This document shows positions 1 through 14,109 of a stretch of DNA of 64,000 bases, one piece after another. This stretch comes from Trichoplax sp. H2 (taxonomy: Eukaryota). Within the stretch, counting starts at the first letter, position 1, and each line of letters begins with the position of its first letter. The notes beneath the pieces were generated by a model, which made no database searches, had not been told where the DNA came from, and saw nothing but the letters and a program-made list of their open reading frames with translations. Both the position numbers and the translations under genes were made by a program. The stretch covers positions 620,001-684,000 of the forward strand of contig NOWV01000025.1 of the NCBI GenBank assembly GCA_003344405.1, given 5' to 3'.

Positions 1-2235
1 AGTATTTACATCTATAAAACAGCTGTAAATGTTATTTAGCCGACTTTGCAAGCTTTTAGATCGATATGTTATTTCTGACTGGGGTTCAATTTATAATAAC
101 GCGTGATTAAATAACACTAGGTTCAAATTGATATTTTTTAATCTATATTTTTATTCCATTAAAATAGAAACAGGTCTTTTATATCCCATCTGCTATTTAT
201 CAAATCACAGTAATCTTATTAACTGGGAAACATTTGTTCTAGTCTAGAAAGAAAAACTGATAAGCTTAATTTAGCTGCAGGACAAAAAGCCCTATTGTTG
301 TTTATCCAATCTATTTCATCATTGGTTGTAAAAGTGAGCTGACAGACTAACCAGATATTAAATTAAAAAAAATATCCAATCTTTAAATGACATCTCATGT
401 AGAATTGGCGCTAGATTGATAATTAATTACACTATTTGTCAATCGATTGATTTGAAAATATGACAATAAAATTACCGCAGTTCTTAGTACGTAAATTTAA
501 TATCCTTTATGGTGTGGCCGAATGATTGATCGATTGTATGCTTAATTTAATAGATTAGATGATTTTCAAAGCTTACCTCTCTCTTTTAGTTGTATAGAGG
601 TAAATAAAGAAATAAATGTAGGATTATGAAAAGAATGTCTTCAAGTCAATCGGATCTAGTCTGATAGACAAGTACAATATAAAAATTTTTTGAAAGAAAT
701 GCTACTGACCATGTAGATACCTTGTGTCTCAACATTGTGGTATTAATGAACATGCAAGCAAAGACATAGATGGCGTCCAGATGATACTTGAAAGAAATAG
801 AAAGAGTAAAAAGCAGCGACAATGTATCATCAAAAGTTAAATCATAGCTTCCGAAAGATAGAGAATAAGTCATATAGAGTTTCTCTGATAGCAAAACAAT
901 TCAATTGAAATTTGTAAACCTCAAGCCACGCAATGTCTGAGATTTTTGTTAGATTACATCTGCTAATCCTTGCTAGTTAGAGTTGATAAATGTCCTGAAT
1001 CTACGATTAGCTCATACTATATTTATTTATCGAATATTGGGCTACGTAATGACTTATTAAGCACAATGAATAAATCTAATGTCGGTATCAAGGCATCTAT
1101 GTATAAATTAATTAATTAAATCGATGAAATGAACCATTAAGTTGTATGTCAAGTGAAAGCTAAATTACTTTGAGTATGTGTTGTTTGTACTGCACCATTT
1201 TGAGTGTACAGCGGACTACCTGAACGGTTCTGTAGATACTATGGCTACTGCTCAACGCTGTATTAATGTCATTTATTTGTATTAACGATTCCTGAACAAA
1301 CTATAAGCAGCATTAGTACCGGATAGTATCGCTGCATTAAATGCGAAATTAGCGTTTATGTGATGATATAATAATTGGGCAAATTCAAATAATCCTCCGC
1401 CAAAAAAATTGATTTATTTACAATCATGATAGATATTAGATTGATACTTGTTAAATAGTCGATGCTTAAACGCAAATAAACGTGAAATTATCATTTCAAA
1501 AATAATAGAGCTTTTCATTGGTTCGATTACTATCAACGCCTGAAGTTACAATTTTGCTTTCATAATTTACTTACGATCATGTGTATCAACAGAGCTAAAA
1601 AAATGCAACAGATACCGAAGTACAATGCAGAAAATGCCTTGCATATTAATCTTGGATTTTTAGCATTGTTAAAATCATTTCGCTTCAGTTTTATTCCTAT
1701 GTATACTGACGGTGAAAGTTATTATTTCTTATTATGTGTCCGGATTAATGATAAAAACGCTGATTACTCTTTTTTGATCTACCATCATAAACACAGCCTA
1801 GAGGAATGTTAAATTGAAAACATACGTGCTATCCTTTCATAGCAAATTGGCCCCAAGCAGCTAGTATTTCGTTGCAAGTTATACGTATAAGAGCGGTTTC
1901 ATTCCGTACTGTTTGATCATTCTAGTATTACGTCAGTTTACGTAATATTGTAATAGATACCAATGTATTAGAAGCAATTCAATTTTTTATGTTATATTTC
2001 AATAGAAAATACTGAATATCTGATATTATAGTTGATCCTTAATTATCAATCTTGTCCTATTGAAGCGTTCGATAATCGAATTAATATCAGTGAGTTAATA
2101 TTAAATACTTATATATTGAGATATATAAATATGCTTTACCCCATGTGTATCCACGAAGTAGTGGATCTTCTCATGGGAATTTTAATACATTATTCTACTT
2201 CTAAAGATAGACAGTATACTAAAAAGGAACAATCG

Positions 2236-4242
2236 TCAGGTTTGCATATTTTCTGGACAGTGATCACGCTTTTCTTTTTTTTTTCCACGACGTTTCTTTC
2301 CAGAGGATGGATTTTGAAAGCCTCGACCTTTCCCACGGCCAAATGAAAATTGTTTGGGCACCCTAATTTGTTTCATAAGGAATATTTTTAGTATTAGTTT
2401 ACAAAGTATATTCCATGGTAAAATACGAATATAAGAGCGTATATAATCCGTCATGACTAACCTATCTTGTCCTTTACTTCGAGATTCAGCGGAGAGGAAT
2501 GAATCTACCGACGTCTATACAAGATTACAATAAATAGTTGTTTTAGTAACAATTCTATTGCAATTCAACTTGTACTTTAATTTATTTTTACTACACACAC
2601 ATACCATATCGCTAAATTTGGCCTCCTCAATATCCATTCGATCTTTCACCGGGCTCACATTTTCTCTATCGTAAGTGAATAATAAAATAGAGAGATGTTA
2701 TAATAAGCTAGAAACTACCGTTAACTCTGCACATTAATAGGTGCTACGGATAGCGTACTGTTGCTTTTTCTTTGTTGTTAGCTTGGTAGCAAATCGAAAA
2801 TTTTTTGGATATTGATGGACTGTTATTAAATGTTTCAATCGAATATCACTTGTAGCAAATTTTTCCTGACACCCGTCCACCAAGCACTCATACTAGAAAA
2901 GAAATAATATTTGTAGATTACTAACAGAATCTATAATTTTATTTACAATATTGTAGTGGTAAATGCAAATGACAAACTAAGAATCATGGCCATGAAAAAT
3001 AATATAATTGGAGAGAGCAGAGCCGGTATTTCCGTACCATATTTTGTTTTTGACATAACATTTCAAATAGAGTGTCATGTGATTCTAGTACATGGATCTC
3101 GAGAAATCGAGATGATGGAAAATTTCTTCTACAATGGTTGCATATATTGCGATGGGTGCTATTGTAATGGTTCTCGAAGCTATTAATGAAATGCAATGTT
3201 ATAGTTAGGATAACGATATTGATGGTCGGTAAGGTAATGGATAAAAGATAGATCAGTATCTACTGTAGTCATAATATAGGAATAAAGAAGAAGGAAAAAT
3301 TCAATCCTGAAGGTTGCAACCTGGCGATTGAAGTGAAAGCTTTGTCACAACTGGCGATATTACACGTTATTTCTTTCCTAGATTTAAGGCAAAAAAGAAA
3401 AATTAATTTGCTATTATTAAAACAATGATAGCGAATTGACAGTATGCATTCAATTATGATAAGTACTATGACTATTCAAAGTTCCATCATCAACGACAGT
3501 GAATGTGCTATATAACAAGCATTAAATAGTCCTGATTTGATGTACTGTATTTCGCATAATGACTCCTCTTTAGATCGTCAGAGAGCATTACGTTAATCAT
3601 GATCATCCTTGTCAACAAGAGATCTAATTTATACTTAATCAGTTATTTACGTGCCTTTTATCAGCGAAAGCCAAATCCTCCAATTCTTCAGCTAATTGCT
3701 TAACACCTCCATAGCAACATGCGTCGCCATCCTATAAATCATTCAATAATAGTTTAACGACTACATTATCGAAGTAAAAGGTATCCGTTCTACCTTGCAA
3801 GCATGATGTTCATTTACAGTTCATGCAATCTAAAGAGAGATTGATGCTATGGAAAAAGGCATTCTCTACCCTTGTCTCATTTACTACTGCACACGCTACG
3901 CAATCACTTATGGTAAACTGACAAGGATTTTGAGTTTCAAAATGTAATGCAGAAATTGAGATCAATTTGACTAATCCATAGTAGTATGGAACCCATGCAA
4001 TGGGTAGTGCACCATGTGTCGAAATGGAAGCGTTAATATAGTGTGCACTGCACAGTATGTAAGCTAAAACCAAGTAGAAAAAATGCAATTTCTATCCTTG
4101 GCCACTAGCTTTTATATACGTACTATCGAACGAAGATGAAAACAACTGCGGAGATTCTCACCTGGAAGAATGAATCTGTTGGGACGAATTTTCTCTTCAA
4201 CGGCATCATCCAATTCAGCTTGATTTCCCTGTCTGTTTGCAT
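2236..4242 (-). CDS. ZNF511: Zinc finger protein 511-like (C2H2), about 8 exons
   Basis: Spliced: exon 1 4242-4162 MQTDREIKLNWMMPLKRKFVPTDSFFQ; ~3731-3651 DGDACCYGG...; ~3379-3325 EITCNIASCDKAF; ~3180-3040 FENHYNSTHRNICNHCRRNFPSSRFLEIHVLESHDTLFEML; ~2893-2760 YECLVDGCQEKF...HLITVHQYPKNFRF; last exon VPKQFSFGRG...MQT*. Matches the ZNF511 pattern (H..E.HD.LF; Y.CLV.GC..KF; H.YP..FRF; FG.G). GT-AG boundaries. Confidence 0.9.
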
Positions 4243-4381
4243 ACCTTGAAATGCTTCAGCACTATTTGGATGATTGCATGATCGAGGTGGAAAGTAGTCA
4301 GGTCGATATCACCTTTGAGTGAAGATTTTTGCATTAACTCTTGTTGGTCTCCGAATATGCTCAACTAGCTCTCTCGATATC

Positions 4382-5225
4382 AGACCAATAGTGGATTACT
4401 TTTCAAAAGTCCCGCGGCTGTTATGGTTACCGTATGTGCAAAGTGTGCTGTACGGTACAGTACAGTATATCACAGTCCTATAGTACGTTATAGTGAGTAC
4501 AGTGTGGTAGGTAGAATACTGTACACCATACAGTATAGTACTTTTCTCCCTATATACTGTACATATATATATACTGTATATTAATATGTACTGTATATGG
4601 TATATATTGTTACATATACAGTATGTATATATATATATATATGCTACGGTCAATATATATATATAATGTGTATATGTATATTTTTATATATGTATGTATA
4701 TACACTATTATACAGTATGTATGTTAATATTTACCGTATAGGGAATATGTTGTTACATATACAGATATATATTCGTAGATACAGTATGTATATAATATAT
4801 ACTATATATATGTATATGTTGATGAGCCTTATTGGCAACTAGCCATTTTGTATGGCATATTGAATACTTTATTTTCTATTTATAGCAGTATATGGCTATC
4901 ATTTTCTTCCTTTTCTTTCATGGCAGTACTGTTATGAGCGGTGNNNNNNNNNNNNNNNNNNNNAGACCAATAGTGGATTACTTTTCAAAAGTCCCGCCGC
5001 TGTTATGGTTACCGTATGAGCAAAGTGTACTGTACGGTACAGTACAGTATATCACAGTCCTATAGTACGTTATAGTGAGTACAGTGTGGTAGGTAGAATA
5101 CTGTACACCATACAGTATAGTACTGTACTTTTCTCCCTATACTGTATACTGTACATATATACAGTATATACTGTACATGGTATACTGTATATTGTTATAT
5201 TGTTACATATACTGTACAGTATGTG

Positions 5226-5257
<32 letters not shown>

Positions 5258-5601
5258 CAGTATGTATGTTAATATGTACTGTATATGGTATATATTGTTA
5301 CATATATATACTGTATGTAAGTATATATTTATATATGTATGTATATATATATACACTATTATATAGTATGTACTGTATGTTAATATGTACCGTATAGGGA
5401 ATATATTGTTACATATATAGATATATATTCGTAGATACAGTATGTATATATAATATATACTGTATATATGTATATGTTGATGAGCCTTATTGGCAACTAG
5501 CCATTTTGTATGGCATATTGAATACTTTATTTTCTATTTATAGCAGTATATGGCTATCATTTTCTTTCTTTTCTTTCATGGCAGTACTGTTATGAGCGGT
5601 G
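4382..5601. repeat. Near-identical ~560/640-bp duplicate either side of a 20-N gap (4944-4963), containing TA/TACAG low-complexity tracts
   Basis: AGACCAATAGTGGATTACTTTTCAAAAGTCCC starts at 4382 and 4964. Both copies end GCAGTACTGTTATGAGCGGTG (4943, 5601). They differ mainly in microsatellite length. Confidence 0.9.
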
Positions 5602-6166
5602 TATTTTATTATGCGGTCTGTATCTCCCTGAGTCACTAAATCGTTTTCAAGGCTTTTATTTAGAACTAGTAAGACGCATTTGCAGTATTGTATGCTATTC
5701 CTACACAATGTAGTGCTCTACGACATGAAATAGGCTAGCATATCGTTGTGAGTTGTGCATTTTGCTATACAATTTTCTGTAGTTCCCCGAATCACGGAAT
5801 CGTTGGTTTGATTTAGAAGGTTTCACTAGATCTACAGTATTGTATGGCATAGTGTTGTGACATGGATTTTAAAGTGGATATTCTCGTCGAAATTTCTCTT
5901 CCAAGTTATTGTGAGCTGTACGTTTTACTGTACAAGTATAGTCTTTTGCAGAAAGTTTTCGTAAAATTCCCGGAGTCTATGCATCATCGACGAACCCTAT
6001 TTAGAACTAGCCCATACATGATAATGAAATCGAACGGATCATCCGCTAATTGCTAATCTAATCTTAGCGTGTATTGACGATACTGTACAATGTCCATATT
6101 AGCTTATAGTCCATAAAAATACCAGCAGAATCACTTCCCCATCGTCTTTGCTACAGTAGTCCAGTT

Positions 6167-6463
6167 TGTAATGTTATTGCCCACTTATCTACTAATTAGG
6201 CACACTAATATCGATCATGATGATAATGCCTATAAAACAGTAAAAATAACGTAATACAATTAGAACCATACTAGGCCACAATCTAGAATATATATATACG
6301 AGTAGATGTGTGTTAGCGTATTGGGTTCAGAATCCTTTCCCTGTGTAGCAGTATATATCTCTCTCTCTACCTTGTACCTGACGGACTTACAGTAATAAAG
6401 TTCTCTTCTCTGAAACAGCTCTTTCTCATCTCAGTCTATAAGTAGAAAGACATATTAATTACA
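6167..6463 (+). mobile_element. Probable solo LTR (~297 bp)
   Basis: Begins TGTAAT and ends ATTACA (6-bp inverted termini, TG..CA). Flanked by CAGTT / CGGTT, a 5-bp target-site duplication with one mismatch. Internal TATA-like tracts and AATAAA (~6394) followed by a CT-rich tract. Confidence 0.6.
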
Positions 6464-7441
6464 CGGTTAATACAGTACTCATGCAAGACGTAGAGTACAT
6501 AGTGTTCAACACGAATCGACAGCTCGTCAAACGCCACCACAATCCAGTACCTTGGACTACTAAATCAATTTAGTATTTATTGAGTAGTCCATGACTTTAC
6601 GTACTCCTTTTGGAGAGTTTATCGCTATTCGGTCTAAATGAACCACACTGATACAGTACTATACTGTACTCGTCGAACGTGAAAAAATAGCCCAAATGCT
6701 GCCAGTTGATTCATTCTTACTGGATATGCCCATACATAACTCTACCTTTGCTGCGATACTGCCATAGGATGTCCCTACTCTTTTACTAGTACAGTCATAA
6801 AGTGAACTCAAGTCGTGCTTTATATGCTGTTGTCATGACTAGCATAATTTAGACCTGCATCCTGTAAGCTTAGCTGGTCAATTTGCCTGGGTGAAAAGTT
6901 ATCCAGTAGAGAGGAAACAGTCAGCAAAGCAGCTAGCAATCCTGCTATGACGGTTGTCGTCCTATTCGATACAGAAATTTTCTAGTAAGATTGAACGAAA
7001 AATAAATCAAAAGAAATCCATAGCCCCTTTTCTATCTCATAATTTGCTATAGCTCACTATGGCAATAGAGAGAAGCAAATTTGTTAATCGATTCTTGTAC
7101 AGGATAATATCGATAGGATAAAGCTCTGTTCGACATTTTTGGTCATCAATAGTCCATGGCTGATGGTGAGAGCATGGATAGTGACATTACTTCTGCGAAT
7201 AACTTGAACTCCTCCATGTTAAAAGCATAATAGACCGGATATGAGTACGTGACTGGGCTTGACAGTGCAGTTGTCTTGCCTGTTGTTTAAAAAAGTTGTC
7301 ACCCTCATAAAGAGACTAGCCCATCGATACCTCTGTACCACTAGGGCGCGGCTCCTCTTGCAGGCCGCAGACGACGTACGTGGTACATGATTACACAAGC
7401 GCACAAGGACTTCAGAGGCGTCCACTTGTAATCCCTGCAAC

Positions 7442-10400
7442 ATGGCGACTTGTCGAGGTCGATGGAAATCCAACTGGAATCCCATATTGCTCATTCTATT
7501 GGTTGCTGTTCTTTGCTATGTATCTTGCCGAGAAGAAGAACCATCTCGGAATTACCAATTGCCGCAACACGATGGTAAAAGAAGAGTTGTGGAATTAACA
7601 GAAAGCAATTTTGGAAGATTGAAAAAAAATTCCGAACTTCTCGTCATCCATTTCGAGATGCCACATTATGGGCAAGAAGATGGCAAACGATCGGCTAAAT
7701 TTATGCGAGATATGCTAGAGGTAGATCATATTAATTTTTTTTTCAGTACAGTCTTTCGCTTAGATGGATCATACGTAATTAGACAGGCCTCAAGAGCTCT
7801 AGTTGATTATAGCTATTCATAGAGTACAGAGCCTGTTAAGTGGGACATGATCCGAAATAGCTTACCTCTAATTATATAATTAATTACAGACGATATCTGA
7901 GATCAATAGATACAATCTTGTTATGTTAGTTGAACAACGGATGATTGTGACACTAATCACATAGCCTACTGGAACATTTTATACAGTAATAGGTACTATA
8001 TCTTGATGCTTTTATCATACTGAACGGTAACTTGAATTTTCAGCTCACAGCTCAGTTGTCAGAATCGAAAGGAGTTAAAGTGGCAACTCTAGATATTGTA
8101 AAGCAGATTGGACTGGCTCAAAAAATAACAACAGGTATGGGTTAGACAACTTGATCTTATTCTTGTTCGCTATTGAATGATGCTATAGACTAGATGTTTT
8201 GAAAGCAAGCAAATACAGTCATGCAGATATTTTCATACCTACATTATCATTTGATAATCCGATTTCTCTATTGCAGAAAGACAATATCCAGGCTATATTG
8301 CTACGCATTATAAAGGCAACATTATCCCGTTCCATGGCCACAGGTAACGATGCTAAATTTTGAAGGATAACAAAGAAGCCTTGGTTGTATTAATAATATG
8401 AAAAATATCGCTATACCTATTAGCTACTAAAAATGATGTTGATTAATCTCAGTTAGGGTATTGATTTGTAATATACTTTTTTCTTATTATCTTCTTTTTC
8501 AAGATCTGTGGAAGTTTTATCAGTTTTCATCATGAGGGTAAGATAAATTGGTAGACTGAATGTTTACGGTGAAAATAAAACACTGATTATTATTTTTTCT
8601 TTGGGATTCTTTTAATTAGCCTACGTATCCAATTACTTTAATACTGCGTAAATCGTGCGATTGTATATTTAACGTATTATAATTTTATCCATTGTGATAT
8701 CCTTTCACCAGACGTAGCAGTCATTGTTTCTTATAATTTTAACCAAATAGCTTGATTACCTCATATGCTACTCCGATTGATACTGCACTATACTGTAGAA
8801 TATCGAGTATACACTAGTATATCCTATACTTGGGTACTTCTTGTCTTCGATATTATACATTGTATCATTTATCCATTGATTGTATGCTACCCCGATGGTT
8901 ACTGCGCTATAGAATATAGAGTATACACTAATGCAACCAATACTTGGATACTTCTGGTCTTCGATAATAAACATGGTATCATTTACCACTGATGGTATGC
9001 TACCCCCAGTAATACTGCACAATAGAATAGCGAGTATACACGAATGTATCCAATACTTGGAGACTCCTGGTCTTCAATAATAAATAATGTATCATTTACC
9101 CATTGATGGTATCAATCGGAAAATAAGCTATTTTAAAAGCTTGGAAAAGGAGTTTGTGTAATAACTTATATCAAGGTGTTGGTTTATGTTAGCTGTTAGA
9201 AGATCCTGTCTACGAAATTGACGGAAAAAGTCGTAAAAAGCTATACGATTCTGTTGAACTGCCTAAAGTTATTGGTTATTTCGAAGGAGATGAGAGTAAA
9301 GGTTAGTGAGATGTTTCAACCAATTATGCTAATGTTCTACTGATAAAACTATATAAACAAAATTTCTCATCTTCTATAGTGAACGCTCATTTATCCATAA
9401 ATATATATGATAATACTTGCTATATTTTAATGCAGAATATAAAGCTTTTGAAGAAGCTGCCATCCCATTCAGGCCTTTAATGATGTTTTATAGTGTATTT
9501 AATAAAAAAGTATGTAGCTTATTTCCTAAATCTGCTCCTTGATAGATATAGTAGTATTCACACTATCAATTATGTTTTATAGATAGCGAAAACGTTACGT
9601 CTGAAGAAACAAAACACAATCACTTTCACTAAGCCTTATGAAAAACCAATTCATTTTAAGGGAGAAGTGAGTCGTCAAAATGTTTTTCTATATCTTTAAA
9701 AATGTATTTTGACATCAAGCACACGTACACTTAACACTAGGGTAGACGATAATATTTACTAATGTTTTATTCTTGATTGAATGTAGCTGACAAAAAATAA
9801 TTTAATCGACTTTATTAAAAAGAATAAAAAGTAAGACATTTATACAGTATCATTTCATGGCATTGAAATTCTAATTCTATTGCCTGAGATCGTTGTGTAA
9901 CACGGAGTCTTTACAAATTATAGGCAGCAGTTGACTAAACTCCATGTGGAATCCTTACATGAAAATTGGGTAAAATTGATCATGCGATCATTCTAATTAT
10001 TTTGCCAATATTACTATGATATTTTCTAAAATATTGTTTGCACCTATTAACTGCTTATGCATCTTCTGTACGTATATGTAGCCGATTTTTATGAATGGTT
10101 ATCTTATAGCTGCATTTATTCGACCTAAATCACATGGTAATTATTATAACGTAAAACAGTACTTGTAATACTATATAGTAATAGTAGTTGTATACTACGT
10201 TGAAATGGTTAATATCGTCAATATGGGCTAAATTTATCTGTGAAATTTTTACTTTTTTAAAACATATACTAATTGCTGTATCATTAATCTATTCGTATAG
10301 ACGGTGCAAAATTCTTCCCGATAGTGAAATCCTTAGCCAAGCAATACCGTAAAAATGAAAAGACAGCCTTTATTTGGGTTGATCCTGATGAATTTCCAAA

Positions 10401-10891
10401 CGTTAGTGATGTAAAAATAGTCTCACGTTGATTTTGTAAATAGACAATTTAGTATTAGCATTGTAGTTCTCAAAACATAACAATTGACAACAGTAGAATT
10501 TGGCTTAATAGCGTCCTATTATACCGATATTTGATAAAAAATATTAAATGTATTTGTAGATGCACGAGTATTGGAGAAGTGGGTTTAACATCAACATCGA
10601 GAACAATATTATTGGAGTAGTAAATGTGACTTCGGTAAGTTGATAATATAAAAATAACACAGTGTATAAGTTATAATGCTAATATATACCAGTATCAATT
10701 GCGAGGTGCAATTTCTGTATGTGTTTTTTACTTTATAGAACGAAAGCACTTGGTACCGTAGAACAGCGGAAGATAAAACGACCGTAAAGGATTTAAGTAC
10801 ATGGCTTGATGATGTTATGGATGGAAGTGTCATGTTTGATTCATTTAATTCCAAAGCTCGTCATCCAAAGAAAAACAAACAAGAATTATAA
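7442..10891 (+). CDS. CASQ: Calsequestrin-like luminal protein (thioredoxin-fold domains), 13 exons
   Basis: Signal peptide, then LPQHDGKRRVVELTESNF (cf. FP.YDG.DRV..V...NY); 8044-8134 LTAQLSESKGV; ~9193 LLEDPVYEI...KVIGYF; EYKAFEEAA; DGAKFFPIVKSLAK...FIWVDPDEFP; YW...FNINIENNIIGVVNVT; last exon ...TWLDDVMDG...KNKQEL* (stop 10889-10891). Confidence 0.9.
8765..9110. repeat. Intronic tandem repeat, ~115-bp unit x3 (calsequestrin intron 4)
   Basis: Recurrent GAGTATACAC...ATACTTGG...GTCTTC(G/A)ATA...GTATCATTTA...ATGCTACCCC with copies near 8781, 8900 and 9012. Confidence 0.85.
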
Positions 10892-11183
10892 AATGATGAC
10901 ATATCTCGTTTTTAAAATATGCAGCCGTTTAACTCAAACTATTGTATGTTTTTATAATGCCGGCGTTCATCTAATAATATGTTTTCGTTGAGAAAACTTA
11001 GATAATATTTTCTGAAAAATTTTTCTTATCCTTCAACACAATACGAATGATTGTAATTGTCGGACGTATACATCTGAAATTAAAAACCCTGTAACTCTGA
11101 AGTCGAAACAAAATTGTTCCTAGTTTGTGTTGAATTTTCTGAATAGACCTCTTTCCAGTTTGATGAATCTTTAATACCTCCAA

Positions 11184-13793
11184 TTATTTTTGATGAGCTT
11201 TCATGATTTGTCTAGCTTCTGCTAAAACTTCACCACCGTGATTTTTTAAGATCATTTCAGCTACGTATTTACCTAATCTTTCTGCTTCGATTAAAGAATT
11301 GCACATCTCGGAGGGACAGAGAATTGATGATAAACTTTCGTAATTGCTTTCGCAATCATCTTTAGCATTTAATCCTAATCATTAAAAAATGCAGTACAAA
11401 AAATATTACTACGCTTGTTAAAATTTCCAAAATGAGTGTTTTGCGTTTACTAATAGTAAGCCCATGCAATTTCGATGATGTCAATTACCGGAAATAGTAC
11501 ACTCATCAGAATATTGGACACGTTTGCTGCCATCAAGACTAAAGACCGCTCCAGTTATCTTTAGCTAACAGAATAGAACTTTTTAATACTTGCATGAAGT
11601 TGTAGCTAGCGCTAACATACGAGCAGCCCTGATTTCGTACTAATTTACCTTATTTTCAGTAAATTCCGTATAAACTCCGATTGGTACACTACAGCCTTTA
11701 TCCTATGTCAAATGATGATGATGAATTTCAATCGAAATGTGGTGGCTACATATCGTAAAAATTAGTTTTGAGTTCATTATTGATGTATCAATTAAACATA
11801 CCAAAAAACGAAGAAAGGCTCTTTCAGCAGCATTACAGACAAGGCTATCGAAATCAGTATAGGCAGAAATGAGTGAAAATGTCTTTTTATCATTCTTTCG
11901 TATCTCAATGCCAAGTGCACCCTGTCATGAAATATAACAAAATACCGTTCATTTGAAAATCAAGAGAAACCTTTTCTTTCATATGTAGTCTAGATTTTTC
12001 ATGTGTTGAACCTGTCCAATAGCATATAGACATTCATCCGGAGTTAATTCCTAACGATTTTAAAATAAAATTAAAATACTCGCACATGTTACTGAAAGGT
12101 ACTAAGTTGTCCTTGAGTGCATGATACTGTACTGTAGTAATGGCAAGACACACTAGCCTGATCAATTCGCTCTTGCCAACCCATTCGTACTACGCCGGCT
12201 CCAGCAAGGACCAAAGCATCATATATTCCGCTTTCATCTAACTTTTTAAGCCTTGTATTTAAATTTCCACGCTATTGCATTAAGTAAAAAGGACAACATT
12301 CAAGATGTAATCAGTCGATAATTGTAAGGATTTATAGATGACAGAAGTCTTGTAATGCGATAATGGCAATTACAACATTGTCAATTTCTGGATGAATGCA
12401 TTTTGCTGCAGACCATAATACAGCTAAGACAAATTATGAAAGAGGTAATAATCTAATAAAACTTACAACATTCTCGAATTTTAGATGAGGGAAGCGCCTT
12501 TTCAATTGGGCTATTCGTCTTAGCGAACTTGTTCCAATTACGCTACCAAATATAAATGCAATAATATATTCAGCAATTATAAATCCTAGTGTCTAGCTCA
12601 TAAAGGTTTGGGTAGAATTTTAGTGCAATTCTCCTTAAGTTACTTGATACTCCATCGTGCATTAACCTATTGCTGTACCTATTTTGTGGTAAATCGGATA
12701 ATTTAGACTTTCTATGCTTAGGATTCATTAAGACCACATCAGCAGTCATGGCTCTTCTATATTCATCAAATTGCAGAAATAGTCTCCATATTAACGTTCG
12801 GTTGCACAAATCGTATAGCTGTTATTAGCGGGGCAATTAGCGCCCTACAGTCCTATATTACGCAAGTTGAATGGCTATAGAAGAAAGTTGATTACTCACT
12901 TTCCAATAGCCGCGATGGCCAAGCCTTCTGGTAAGGTAGAAGGTACATCTTTTAATGAATGAACAATCAGGTCAATCCTACAAAGAAGGAGGATCATCCA
13001 TGTTATGATTATGTTACGATAGAGCAATAATAATCTTTATCTTAGAAAGGATTGAATGATGCTGTATTTTCATACTTATTGTCAGTCAATGCAACCTCCA
13101 AATCTTTGGTGAAAAGATTTGTTTGGCCAATCTTTAGGAATAGCCATTGGATGCCGATAGCAAACAAGTGTTTGTTGCGTTGATGTAAAGGAAAAGGGTA
13201 AAATATTATTTTTTTGTTGAGTGTGTTAAATTAGTTATTTATATTTTAATTTCTTTGTATCTCTATTTAGGATAGGGCATAAAAAACCAAATGGTCGAAT
13301 TCCAATTATCCTCTAACCTCAGGCAATGCCTTGTCCAGAACTCTATCACCAATTGTATCCATGGTGACTACGATATCAGGTTATGCAAAGTGGCGTAAAA
13401 CATTTATGATCATGATATTCATTTTATTCATTTGGCAAATATATTATTTTACAACATTAAGTTACGAATTTAACTCTTCTGTTGTTAAGTGATTACTAAT
13501 GCAATCCTTGAAAAGGGTACAAGTAGAATAGGCTAAACTGCATGATCAGTAATACGTACCTATTTCAATTCGAGCTTTTGGATGTATTTCACGCAAGGCA
13601 TCAACAACACTGTGAGTTTGAATCATTGCCAACTAGATGGAAAAATGGAAAGATGAATGAGTAAAAGATCGCATAGCCTAACTGCTTAAAATGAGCTATT
13701 TGGTTGTGTTATCCGATCTACTAGTCCATGCAGGAGTATAACCTGGCTTTTTCGAGTTCCAATTCGAACAACAGTTTCTTCCATGTCGGACAT
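11184..13793 (-). CDS. HMBS: Porphobilinogen deaminase (hydroxymethylbilane synthase), multi-exon
   Basis: [115 protein letters not shown] (cofactor Cys); ends [17 protein letters not shown]. Confidence 0.97.
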
Positions 13794-14109
13794 TTCGTCT
13801 CGTTCTCTCTAGGGGGGCACAAGCTCTTAGCTAGGCACAAAATGGACTAGGCACTGGTGTAAGCCTGGCTCTTATTCAAGCCAGTGATACGCAGTAAAAT
13901 GGCATTGATGTTTTGTGGCATCGATCCCTGACCGTAGAGATCGCCAAGTCACATACTACGCTATATAGTGCTATGACTTGCATGAGTATGGTAACGGACA
14001 GACAGCAATCAAATAATGCATACTGCGCAGTCTGCTATAGGCACTGGAAACGCTTCTTCAGGACTACGGCATCAGTGCTGACATGATATAGTCGAGCGAG
14101 CGAGGGACA

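Noticed and set aside
590..2200. Short ORFs and purine-rich coding-like sequence at the window start
   Set aside because: Stops in all frames I tried, no recognisable domain, and no consistent splice pattern.
4396..5397. Tyr/Ile-rich ORFs
   Set aside because: Translations of TA microsatellite sequence.
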